A stretch of DNA of 63,815 bases, filler included, from Chrysochromulina tobinii (lineage: Eukaryota): the NCBI GenBank assembly GCA_001275005.1. It is 8 parts of 8 records of this genome, joined end to end, with 100 filler letters (N's around TTAATTAATTAA, not from the genome) between each part and the next. Parts side by side here need not be neighbours in the genome. Positions count along the whole stretch, not along the records: positions 1 to 13,771 come from JWZX01000771.1; positions 13,872 to 18,702 come from JWZX01000774.1; positions 18,803 to 20,678 come from JWZX01000776.1; positions 20,779 to 42,536 come from JWZX01000777.1; 4 more parts are not named here. One strand, written 5' to 3'. The notes below the pieces were generated by a model. It saw nothing but the letters and a program-made list of their open reading frames with translations. It searched no databases and had not been told where the DNA came from. Positions 10,431-20,914 of the stretch are shown piece after piece; within the stretch, counting starts at the first letter, position 1; each line of letters begins with the position of its first letter. Made by a program: the position numbers and the translations under genes.

Positions 10431-12866
10431 TCACACTAGCCGTGCCATCAGCCAAAACTGGACGGGCGTGCGACAGTAAGGGCAACTTTTCATGCTGGCC
10501 GTGCAGCGCTCGCACGCGAGCTGATGGCCGCACGGCACCGCAAGGTGCGACTTGGGCCCCACCATGCACACGATGCACGTAGTCTGGCCACCGATGGTCG
10601 ATTCGGGCGCCTCGTCGTGCACACGGCCGGTGAAGTTGCCCACGTCGGCGAGCGTCAGAGGCCTCACCGCTGGCATCAAACCTTCAGCCGGTGCTGGGGC
10701 CGATGGTGGCGCAGGGGCAGGGGGCGATGAAGGTGCGGTAGTTGGACCACGCCTGCCACGCCCTCCACGCCCCCCTCGCCTGCCGCGGCCAGCGCTCTCT
10801 GCCACGGCCACGGCCGCCGCCCTCTCCACCTCCGCCCTCTCCATCGCCGCCCTCTCCGCCTCCGCCCTCTCCGCCTCCGCCCTCTCCGCCTCCGCCCTCT
10901 CCGCCTCCGCTGCTTGCCTAATCACCTCAGCATCTGCCCGAGCCCTGCCTGCCTGCGTGGCCTCCGCCTTGGCGGCCTTGAGCGCTGCTACCCGTACCGC
11001 CGCCTTCTCGGCCTCCTTTGCCGCTTGTACAGCCGCCGCGTCCGCGGCCGCCGCGTCCTTCTCTGCCTCCGCTACGGCCGCCTCTGCCGCAGCTGTCACC
11101 TCCACGTCATTCTCAGCCACAGGGGCCTCCGATGCAGGCGCCGCTTCTGCGGATGCTGAGCCTGCGGCAGGCGGAGACTGTGTGACCTCGAGCAGAGACA
11201 GCTTCGACAGGCTGGCTTGCATCTCCATCTCCGCAGCGTGCTTGCGACGCAGCTTCTGGCTCTCCTGCTTGCGCTTCTTGTGCAAGCGCTCGCGCACCGC
11301 CCTCGCCTCCGTCAACACACCCTCGCTCGCGAGTGCGTGGTGCTCCTCGATCGACCCGACCAGGCCCTCGTACTGCGCGGCTGCCATGGCCACACGCAGC
11401 GCCTCGTCGGCGGCGGCAGAAGGAGCAGGACACACGACGTCCGCGTTGCCAGCCGCCGCCAACACACCGTCCTCCGCCTCGGCGCTGCCACTTGCGGCCG
11501 CTGACGCACTCGCTACCGGCTCTCTCGCCTCGCTCGCCCCTGCCTGCTTGGCTTTGGCTTTCTTGCTCGCTTTCTTCGTGTGCGTCTGCTGCTTGTGCGC
11601 AGCCTCCGTCTCCTCTTCAGCCAGCAGAGCCGCAGCGGCAAGCTCGGCTGCCCGCTCGGCTGCCGCACGCTCCGCACTCGACACCGGAGCGACCGCAGCG
11701 ATCGTCGTAGGTGCGCGGCCCCTGCTGCGCAGGAATCTTGCGATGACGGCGTGGCCGTGGGCCTCTGCGACATTGAGGGCTGTGCCGGCACCGCATCGCA
11801 ATTCGGTGCGTGCGCCAGCATGCACGAGCAGCTTGACTATGTCGCCGTGGCCTCCGATGCAGGCGCGGATCAGAGGCGTGACGCCCTCCCTGTCTGCCTG
11901 GTCGACGGCGGCGTGGGCGGCGAGCAGCAGCTGCACGCAGCCGGTGTCGCCTGTGTAGCAGGCGGCCCACAGAGGAGTCATGTCCCCGGGGCTGGCTGCC
12001 TGGTCGACGGCGGCGTTGGCGGCGAGCAGCAGCTGCACACAGCCGCCGTGGCAATCGATGCAGGCGGCGACCAGCGGCGTGATGCCGTTGGCTGCCTGGT
12101 CGACGGCGGCGTGGGCGGCGAGCAGCAGCTGCACGCAGCCGCCGTTGCCTTCGTTGCAGGCGGCGATCAGAGGCGTGGCGCCGTTGCTCTTTGCCTGGTC
12201 GACGGCGGCGTGGGCGGCGAGCAGCAGCTGCACGCAGCCGTCGTTGCCGCAGGGGCGATGGCAGGCGATGTACAGAGGCGTGACGCCGTCGCCGGCTGCC
12301 TGGTCGACGGCGGCATGGGCGGCAAGCAGCAGCCGCACGATGTCACGGTGGCCTTCGTCGCAGGCGGCGTGCAGAGGCGTGTAGCCGTCGCCACTTGCCT
12401 GTTCGACGGCGGCGTGGGCGGCGAGCAGCAGCTGCACGCAGTCGCCGTGGCCTTTTTCGCAGGCGGCGTACAGAGGCGTGGCGCCGTAAATATTTTCCTG
12501 GTCGACGGCGGCGTGGGCAGCGAGCAGCAGCCTCGCGCAGTCGCCGTAGCCTTTGTAGCAGGCGGCCCACAGAGGAGTGACGCCTTTGCTGTTTGCCTGT
12601 TCGATGGCGGCGTGGGCGGCGAGCAGCAGCCGCACGCAGTCGCCGTTGCCTTTGTCGCAGGCGGCGTACAGAGGCGTGACGCCGTTGCCGGTTGCCTGGT
12701 CGACGGTGGCGTGGGCGGCCAGCAGCAGCTTCGTGCACTCCATGAATCCGAAGGCACAGGCACGCGCCAAGCAGATGCCGAGGCCGGCCGCGTCCTTCAC
12801 GCATTCGATGAGGCCCACGGCCTTGGCCTCGTCGCCGCGCTGGATCGCGTCGCAGATCGCGTTCAT
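10431..12866 (-). CDS. Ankyrin-repeat protein with C-terminal C3HC4 RING (putative E3 ligase)
   Basis: ~10-11 ankyrin repeats G.TPL.AAC..G...CV.LLLAAHAAVDQ; RING CIVC...PCGH..ACERC...CPYC; EAERA coiled-coil repeat. Confidence 0.92.
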   Translation of the reverse strand: MNAICDAIQRGDEAKAVGLIECVKDAAGLGICLARACAFGFMECTKLLLAAHATVDQATGNGVTPLYAACDKGNGDCVRLLLAAHAAIEQANSKGVTPLWAACYKGYGDCARLLLAAHAAVDQENIYGATPLYAACEKGHGDCVQLLLAAHAAVEQASGDGYTPLHAACDEGHRDIVRLLLAAHAAVDQAAGDGVTPLYIACHRPCGNDGCVQLLLAAHAAVDQAKSNGATPLIAACNEGNGGCVQLLLAAHAAVDQAANGITPLVAACIDCHGGCVQLLLAANAAVDQAASPGDMTPLWAACYTGDTGCVQLLLAAHAAVDQADREGVTPLIRACIGGHGDIVKLLVHAGARTELRCGAGTALNVAEAHGHAVIARFLRSRGRAPTTIAAVAPVSSAERAAAERAAELAAAALLAEEETEAAHKQQTHTKKASKKAKAKQAGASEAREPVASASAAASGSAEAEDGVLAAAGNADVVCPAPSAAADEALRVAMAAAQYEGLVGSIEEHHALASEGVLTEARAVRERLHKKRKQESQKLRRKHAAEMEMQASLSKLSLLEVTQSPPAAGSASAEAAPASEAPVAENDVEVTAAAEAAVAEAEKDAAAADAAAVQAAKEAEKAAVRVAALKAAKAEATQAGRARADAEVIRQAAEAERAEAERAEAERAEAERAAMERAEVERAAAVAVAESAGRGRRGGRGGRGRRGPTTAPSSPPAPAPPSAPAPAEGLMPAVRPLTLADVGNFTGRVHDEAPESTIGGQTTCIVCMVGPKSHLAVPCGHQLACERCTASMKSCPYCRTPVQFWLMARLV

Positions 12867-13018
12867 GGTCCACTGTGTGGCTGGGCGTCTCCACTGTGCG
12901 CGCCCCACACTGCGTACAAAAAAGTTGCATTCTGCACCTGCATGCATTCCCTAAAGCCTCCTTTGTGATCGTCCTGTTCTATCCTTACCATGGCCGGGTC
13001 GCCGCGGTGGCCCCACGG

Positions 13019-13039
13019 AGTAAGTAAGTAAGTAAGTAA
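13019..13039. repeat. (AGTA)n microsatellite
   Basis: AGTAAGTAAGTAAGTAAGTAA. Confidence 0.85.
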
Positions 13040-13400
13040 AAAATCATGCCAACAGGCAGCGTACACGTGGCGAGGGGGACACCCCCAGGCATACTAAGCG
13101 TGTACGGTGTTCAGCAATTCGAGTGTGGCCCCACGGAACATTCTGCGTTCTGGTCATTCTGCAGCATCATCGCTGTGAATTTATGTGATCCTATACTACG
13201 GGATCTGGGGGTGTTCAATCGTACTGCACATGTCCGTGGTCCATTTTGTCTGGTTCTTTCGTGTGCAAGTTGTACTTGAAGTCCGCAGAGGCCAGAGCGA
13301 TCCGAGGTTGCCGAGCATGATCCAGGAAGCGAAAAGACCCGCAACGTATCGTTCCCTCCGGGATGACGTGCATGGCGGCGAGGCACTGGCAGTGGTTGGC

Positions 13401-13771
13401 TCAGACAGTGTTACCTGTAAACAGTGCTACACCTATCATGCAAATAGATCCCATCATGCAAAGGTACCCGCAGATGATGCACGCTCGCTGGAAGCCTATC
13501 AACTCTACCAGGCCGCCGCCCGCAAGCGGCCCCGTGGCTTCGCCTGCAGTGAACGCCAACATCGAGAGCGCCGCGATAGAGTCGGAGCTCTGATCCACAG
13601 AGAGGCCGCCCAGCTCCGCCGTGCGCACCATGATCGCGTTCACTGGGGTGAAGGCGAGCGCGCCGCCGATGCCCATCATGCAAAGAGAGCCGAGGGCGAG
13701 GCCGATGGCGCCTGCGCGAGTACCTTGCGCCAAGAAGGGCACCGGCGAGAGCGGGTAGATTTTTCCATGAG
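13401..13771 (-). CDS. MFS transporter, C-terminal fragment cut by contig end
   Basis: Three hydrophobic helices; AFTAGEATGPLAGGGLVELIGF is typical of the last MFS helices (SLC18-like). Confidence 0.7.
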
Positions 13772-13871
13772 NNNNNNNNNNNNNNNNNNNNNNNNNNNNN
13801 NNNNNNNNNNNNNNNTTAATTAATTAANNNNNNNNNNNNNNNNNNNNNNNNNNNNNNNNNNNNNNNNNNNN
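13772..13871. other. Artificial contig linker
   Basis: N44-TTAATTAATTAA-N44 (stops in all six frames). Confidence 0.99.
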
Positions 13872-13928
13872 CGCCACCGCCGCCGCAGCCGCAGCCGACG
13901 CAGGCGCAGCCGACGCAGCCGTCGCAGC

Positions 13929-13970
<42 letters not shown>

Positions 13971-14467
13971 CGCAGCCGACGCAGCCGCCGCAACCGCTCG
14001 TGCAGCCGCCTCAGCCGCCCGTGCAGCCGCCGCAGCTGCCACAGCCGACGTCGAAGCTGGGTACCCTGCTGCTAAGCCAGTGGACGCGCATGAACCAGCT
14101 CAGCCCAGACGATACAGCGCGCCTGTTTGCTGCCTATGACGTGTCAAAAGAACATGGCATTGCCACATTCTTGGCTTTTGGCCAGGGCCTGCGGGCTGGC
14201 GCTGGCTCCAGCAGCTCCGGCGGCGGCAGCATGCAGCAGCCGCCACCGGCGGGGCTCGCACCGCGTTACGAGGCCTCTGATGATTCGGACTATGATCCCA
14301 ATCAGCAGACCTCCCCCATCAGCCTGCGGCTGGCGGCCGAGTGGCTGGCGGCCAAGCACGCCGGGTGCGCTGGGGCACCTCGCCCGGCCACCCCACCAGC
14401 GCGTGGCGCGAAGTCGCCCGGCTCAGTGTCGCCTGAGCCGGGCGGCAAGAACAAGCGTGCACGCTGA
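13872..14467 (+). CDS. Hypothetical Pro/Gln-rich protein, 5'-partial
   Basis: Frame open from contig start; non-repetitive central segment, basic C-terminus (GGKNKRAR); no family recognised. Confidence 0.4.
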
Positions 14468-15906
14468 GTGGGGGTGGAGTTCTGGAGAACTTCGAGCAGT
14501 GCGCGCGCGCGGCAGCGGCAGCAGTGGTGGCGTTTTCGATCGCAAGAGCACGAGCTGCGGTTGCGGGACTGTGCGGGAGCTGAGTTGGTGGGAACGGCAG
14601 TGGCGGCAGCTGCGGTTGCGGCATGGGTTGCGGACGCGGCGGTGGTGGCGATGGTGGCAATGGCGTGCGGCGGGGTCGCTTGCGCAGGCTCGACGGCACG
14701 TGCTGCAGCGAAGACAACATCGGCGGCAGGGCTAGGGTCACGATCCGCGGGGTGAGTCTGCGCGCGTGTGGAACGCAAGTGGAGCGTGTTCTCGGGCTTG
14801 TTCGGTTCGTACTAATGCGGGCCGCCTCTGACCCCCCCCCCACCCATCCCCCCCCTTTGCAAATCCGTTGAGACTCAAAAATTTTCTGCTTTCTCGCGAC
14901 TCAAAATCGCGACTCCATTTTTAGAGGAGGCCACTTTTCGAGGCCAGTTTCTTGGAAAAGAAGGCCCCGTCGCCAGATTCCTTTCGCTGATGAGGCGAGA
15001 TCCAGAGGCTATATAAAGGCTAGACATGTGGAGAACTGTAATTAGATATGATAGAATTAGAAAAAACGGTGTAACTCTCATTTATGTGTTTTTGTATCTT
15101 CCTTTTGTTGCAATTCGGTTTGAGTGGGGGTGAGCTGGGTGATGAGCTGGCTGATGAGCCCTCGGGGTCTGAGTGTGGGGTGAGTTGGGTGATGAGCTGG
15201 GTGATTACCCAAGATTACCCAAGGGGGTAGGTGAGGGATTAATATCTGGATTCGCACCCCTTCCTCATGCCCTGATTACAAACTGAGTGCTGAGTAGTGA
15301 AACCCTCCCCCTATGTCAAGAATACTCTTAAAATAATTTCGAGCCGCTTAACCGAACGAGTAAGGGCGGTTGGGCTGGGGCACAGACCACAGTGTTAAAA
15401 GCCTATGAGGTAATTACCTGAGTGGTGATTCTAGATCCCCCTAGGTCAAAAAGTGCGCCGTACGGCGTACGCTGAACGCTCCGTCGGGAGGCGGGAGGGG
15501 GGCGGTCGCGTGGTCGGCTGCGGGGTAACACCCCCCGCGCGTCAAAGCCTGAAAACACACCGAACAGTATGGGAATCGGTACTCGCGTGTCGCGATCTAA
15601 CACTCACAGTCGAGCGAGTTCTTCTTCTTATACGAGTGGACAGTGGAGAAGAGACCCGCGGCTGTGGCGCGGCAAAGCTCTCACCGTTCACCGTACACCG
15701 ACGAACAGGAACACAGTCGGCAACGCGTCGTCCCAACGAGCGTGCGCGACACGCGATCGACGACACGACACACGCGCGTTGCGCCTTTCCCGCGCCGCGG
15801 CCGCGGCAAGCACGCGCAATGCACTCTTTGTCACTCGGGAGCGCGCTCGTAGCGCGCTCGGGGGCTCCCTCGGGCACTGGGTGAGGCTGAGCAGCTCAAA
15901 GCAGCT

Positions 15907-17497
15907 CTAAAGCCATTCAACCTCGCTCCCCGGTGCGATCGGGCGGCGCGCGAGGCAGGCGCGCCACATGCGCATGATGTGCTCGCCCGCGCGCGTGGCT
16001 TGCCACGCATCGCGTTCCCAGGTGCGGTACGCCCAGTTCTTCTTCTCACCCCAGACGTCGTCACCAGCGCGCGGGTACTCCCAGTGAGCGCCCCACGAGA
16101 AGCCGTCATCCATCAGCGTGACGTAGCCATTCTCGTCGCGCACCTCCTCACCATCCTCGTCGCGTAACGTCATCTCGCACGTGTAGGTGCAGAAGTTGAA
16201 CGAGAAGCCGGCGGCGTCGAGGGCTCTGTAGGCCGGCCCTTCCCCCTGGGCGTTCCGCACCGGGATGAAGATGCGTCGCATGCGTACTAGCTGCAACTGG
16301 TTTTTGGATCTCGGCGAGGCGGTCGGCGAGGAGCCAGGCGGACGCCGCCTCCACAACCGCCTCCTTCTTCACAAGCTGCTCCTCCTCGGCAGCCGCCGCG
16401 AGCGCAGTCGTTTGGACCTCGGTCGGACGCGGCGGCGTCGGGACAGAGGCGAGGTCGACCACAACGGGCGTTGGCCGTGCCGGCGGTGGCACCTCCTCCA
16501 CGTCCGGCGAGGACGGAGGCGCCGCATCCATCGCCTCTCCCTCCTCGCACACGCCGCAGGCGCCGGGGGTTGCTGACGCGACGTTGCTGTCGAGCACGCG
16601 GAGCGCGGCGCGAGACTGCTGCGTCTGCTGCGCGGCCTCATCCAGCTCGTCATCATCCAGCTTGCCATCATCAGGCTCGTCATCATCAGGCTCGTCGGCA
16701 TCAGGCTCGTCGGCATCAGGCTCGTCGGCATCAGGCTCATCGACGGCAGGCTCGTCGGCGGCAGGCTCGTCGGCAGCAGGCTCGTCGGCGGCAGGAGGAG
16801 GCGCTTTGACAACAAGCACCGACGGCTCCGAGAAGCGCCCTGCGCGCCGAGGCATTATCGCTCCGCCGGCGGCCTCGAGCGCGACAAGGCGCTGCTGCAT
16901 CTGCTTGAGCTGAGCGTCGTGGCCCGCGAGCTGAGCGTCATGGCCGGCGACCTGCGCAGCCAGCACCTCGAGCTCCGAGCGCGTGCGGAGTGCCAGCAGC
17001 GCGCCACGCAGCTCGTCCACGATGGCGACCACTTCGCGCAGGGGCGGGCGCTTCATGGCCGCAACCTTCTTGAAGCGGGTCCAGATCCCGCCCGCGACGC
17101 TCCACAAGGCTGGCGGCTCAGCTGGAACACCCCGCTGCTGCGCCCGGGTTGTCACTCCGCGTGATTCCATCCAGCCGGCCCATGTCGCTGGCTGCTGTTT
17201 GCCACCAGGCCGGTGCCAGCAGGCGATGGCCAGCAGCGGCAGAGCGTATGTGAGGCGGCGGTCGTCGTCGTTCATCACAGATGTGAGGATATCCTCATCG
17301 GCCCGCAGCACCATCAGTGGCAGACGGAGGATGTGATCCTTCTCTTCGTCCACGCTCCGGTTCAGGCAGTACGCGCCGGCCGGATGTCTTGAGTGATGTT
17401 GGTTGCCCCAGACTCCGCACACCTCCTCGCCGAACTCAAGGAGGTCGGCGAGTCGGCGGTTTGCGAGCGGGAGCCGGCACGGGCCGACGGACGGCAT
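15907..17497 (-). pseudogene. Orphan gene apparently split by a 1-nt frameshift at 16301-16305
   Basis: Removing one base of the T5 run joins ...LADRLAEIQ to NQLQLVRMRRIFIPVRN...; includes a coiled coil and a 15-nt (DEPxx) repeat. Confidence 0.5.
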
Positions 17498-17674
17498 GAC
17501 GACCCGGAACGAGGTGCCTGTGGTTCGCACACAGCGCATGAATGCATGCAGTGAATGATGCGCTCGTCGGTTAAGACTAGCCTCAAGGCGGAATCCTGCC
17601 TAAGCGTTCTTTGCATGAAGGTGAACGTGTCTGGAAAGTTGGCCGGCACTGAACTTGTACCCAAATAAGGCAGA

Positions 17675-18488
17675 ATGTCCTCACCCGTGCATGCTGAGGA
17701 GGTTGAGGAGGCTGAGGAGGCTCGGCTCTGGGCATGTTTTGTTGCCTTACCGCCTGCTGAGCAGGCCGATGAGGCGCTGGAAGCACTGGCTGCCCACTCC
17801 CTCACCCTGCTGGCAGAAATGCCTCCTGCCGAGGCTGCCGCATCAGTGCTCGAAGGTATTGCCAGTCATGCAATGAGCGAGGCCAGCAGGCTACGGGACG
17901 AGCTCGCAGCCCAAAGGCAGATGCTCATAGAGTGGCAGGAGGCCCAAGCTGCGGCCCTGCAACATCCGCGCATTATGCGTCTGCACGCCCCTGGAGCCGG
18001 CTTCATGAGCACACGCGATTTTGCCAAGCGGCTTTCCGAGGCAGGCCTCCAGCAGGAGTGCGGCCCGCAGACTGGCGCCGCTCAGCACGTCTACCATATC
18101 ATTGCGAATGCAAGTGAGTCGCCTTGCCGCCTTTTCCTGTCTTGCCCTCACTCACCCATGCCATACTCCCTGTCACACAGATGGCGGGCCAGATCACGTT
18201 GACAACTACCTCTTCGCATTAGGTGGCAGCTTCAACATGTCCGTCTCAGCCAGACTCGACTCCTTCAACTGCTACCTGGCCGGTCGCCTGAAGGCGGAGG
18301 CGGCAGTCAAAATCGCCCTGCGCGTGGCCGCCGACCCGAATCTCCATAAGCATATTCCGATTAGAGATAGAGAGAAGGGTGTCCGAACCCTTTTCCAATT
18401 CCCGGAAGGCTGCTCGAGTGCAGTAGATATGTATGAGTTAGGTATGACCCAGTGGCAGGCGATGCGCGCGTCTGTCACGAAGCCTTAG
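17675..18488 (+). CDS. Hypothetical 248-aa protein with HNH-like motif; intron 18114-18180
   Basis: Canonical GTGAGT donor, pyrimidine-rich tract and CACAG acceptor; spliced HVYHIIANANGGPDHVDNYLFALGGSFN. Confidence 0.65.
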
Positions 18489-18702
18489 TGTTTTGTGAAA
18501 GTTGAATGGTACATGAAAAGGTGAGTAATGACAAAGGGTTCTTGTACAAAAAATAGGTCCCTCAAACTCCCAAGTTTCCGCCCTCAAGCGAAAAATGCTG
18601 AAGCGCTCGCGTGTTTGACACACCTCGCCGCGGTCGATCACGACCCAACGCGGCCGGTTCTCGTCGTCGAGCGACGTGGGGGGGCTCTACTGAGTACCAG
18701 AG

Positions 18703-18802
18703 NNNNNNNNNNNNNNNNNNNNNNNNNNNNNNNNNNNNNNNNNNNNTTAATTAATTAANNNNNNNNNNNNNNNNNNNNNNNNNNNNNNNNNNNNNNNNNN
18801 NN
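18703..18802. other. Artificial contig linker
   Basis: N44-TTAATTAATTAA-N44. Confidence 0.99.
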
Positions 18803-19377
18803 TGCCACCTGCTCTCGCACAGACAGTCGACGCATTACTACAGTGCCCCGCTCCCAACCGAGACGCAAGGTTCTACTCGCAGCCAGTAGCCGCAGCGGGT
18901 GGTGGACCAGCTGTGCCAGGCGGATGGAATCGCCGGGCCGTGATCGCGTATCTCGATGAGCTCTGGCGGGCGGCATTCAAACGCGGTGAGCTCAAATTCG
19001 CCTCGCCGACAAACCGGCCCTCGCGCACAGGCCCATCAAACCGGGCCGACGGCATGGCAGCCGAGGTCATCGAGACCGATGGAGCCAACGCAGTCGATGA
19101 AATGGACCACGGATTCGACGATGCATGCGCTGTGGCCACAAGCCAGATCGTCTGGGATGCATACCAAGGAGCGACGGTGGATGAACTCGCAGCCCTCGTC
19201 GACGCCATGGAGCCTCACGTGGCCATGGCCGTGATGAGTGCGCTCGATAAGGAGCTGTGCTGCTTCAACTGCTTTGGTCTCGGGCACAAGTGGACTGAGT
19301 GCCCATCGCCCAAGGCCGACCGCAGCCAAGTCACTGACCGCATCATCGCAATGATTGCATCCATCAAAGCAAAACGA
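18803..19377 (+). mobile_element. Ty1/copia-like gag fragment (left arm of inverted repeat)
   Basis: Open frame with zinc knuckle CFNCFGLGHKWTEC; 564/575 nt identical to reverse complement of 20104-20678. Confidence 0.8.
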
Positions 19378-20678
19378 CGTTGCGCCACTGTCAATGAGCA
19401 GGTTCCCGTGCAGGGTGCCACAGTCGATGTCGTTGCCCAAGAAGGCAAACTCCGATGGGAGATCACGTAGGCTGCTGCTCCCGAACGAGAATGTCGGTTC
19501 GGCCAGCATGCGTTGGGTCAACATAGAACCCGCTACGGCGCCCATGGCGGCGGCGACGGCTATCGATGGCATCCGCGAGTGATACGGGTAGCTGGTTGGT
19601 GGCCGTACGACAGGCGGGGCCAGGGCATGCCCTGTTTGAGCACCGGCGACCACGAGGATGGTGGCGAGGCGGAGTGGTGATGGCAGGCAACGTCTGGCCA
19701 TGACCATGGCCAGCATGATGCCAGCGATCGCAACGCCTGTGACCTGTGCTACTGTGCGTCGGTCAGTCGGCATCCAAAACTTGGGTCCGTAATTGGTGGT
19801 CGTATTGGTAGCACGCGCCTGTTCCTCGTTCGCTGGCCTGTCGATGGGCTCACCGAAGATGTCGAAGGGATCGATCTCATCCTCGGTGATTGCAGCGGCA
19901 CCGGCTTCGTTGCCACCAGCAGCGTGAGTGTCATGGGGCAGCTGTGACGGTACCGTCTCGGCGATGGCTGCCATCCCGGGTACACCGCTCGATGCAGGGC
20001 GAGGTGTATCGCGTCCACCACGGCCGCGGCCGTAGCCACGGCCCCGACCCCGGCCTCCTCGACCGAAACCCTTACCGGTAAACGGGCCTCGGCGTCCAGT
20101 AGCTCGTTTTGCTTTGATGGATGCAATCATTGCGATGATGCGGTCAGTGACTTGGCTGCGGTCGGCCTTGGGCGATGGGCACTCAGTCCACTTGTGCCCA
20201 AGACCAAAGCAGTTGAAACAGCACAGCTCCTTATCGAGCGCACTCATCACGGCCATGGCCACGTGAGGCTCCATGGCGTCGACGAGGGCTGCAAGTTCAT
20301 CCACCGTCGCTCCTTGGTATGCATCCCAAACGATCTGGCTTGTGGCCACGGCGCATGCATCGTCGAATCCGTGGTCCATTTCATCGACTACGTTGGCTCC
20401 ATCGGTCTCGATGACCTCGGCTGCCATGCCGTCGGCGCGGTTTGATGGGCCTGTGCGCGAGGGCCGGTTTGTCGGCGAGGCGAATTTGAGCTCACCGCGT
20501 TTGAATGCCGCCCGCCAGAGCTCATCGAGGTACGCGATCACAGACCGGCGATTCCATCCGCCTGGCACAGCTGGTCCACCACCCGCTGCAGCTACTGGCT
20601 GCGAGTAGAACCTTGCGTCTCGGTTGGGAGCGGGGCACTGTAGTAATGCGTCGACTGTCTGTGCGAGAGCAGGTGGCA
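19378..20678 (-). mobile_element. Ty1/copia-like gag-protease fragment, truncated at the protease active site
   Basis: CX2CX4HX4C knuckle, RG-rich segment, then LLIDSGAT (aspartic protease DSG motif) right at the junction. Confidence 0.8.
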
Positions 20679-20778
20679 NNNNNNNNNNNNNNNNNNNNNN
20701 NNNNNNNNNNNNNNNNNNNNNNTTAATTAATTAANNNNNNNNNNNNNNNNNNNNNNNNNNNNNNNNNNNNNNNNNNNN
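20679..20778. other. Artificial contig linker
   Basis: N44-TTAATTAATTAA-N44. Confidence 0.99.
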
Positions 20779-20914
20779 GCCACCGGATCGCTGCGACGCG
20801 CTTGCAGCGCGAATCGTCGGGGAGAGAGAGAGACATGAGAGCAGAGCGAGACGAGGAGCGCGCGACCTTTTCGCGGACCCCACCCCACCCCACCCCACCA
20901 GGGGGTCAGGACTT

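Noticed and set aside
11770..12790. Diversity-generating retroelement behind the ankyrin variation
   Set aside because: No reverse transcriptase, no template/variable repeat pair, and changes are not adenine-specific
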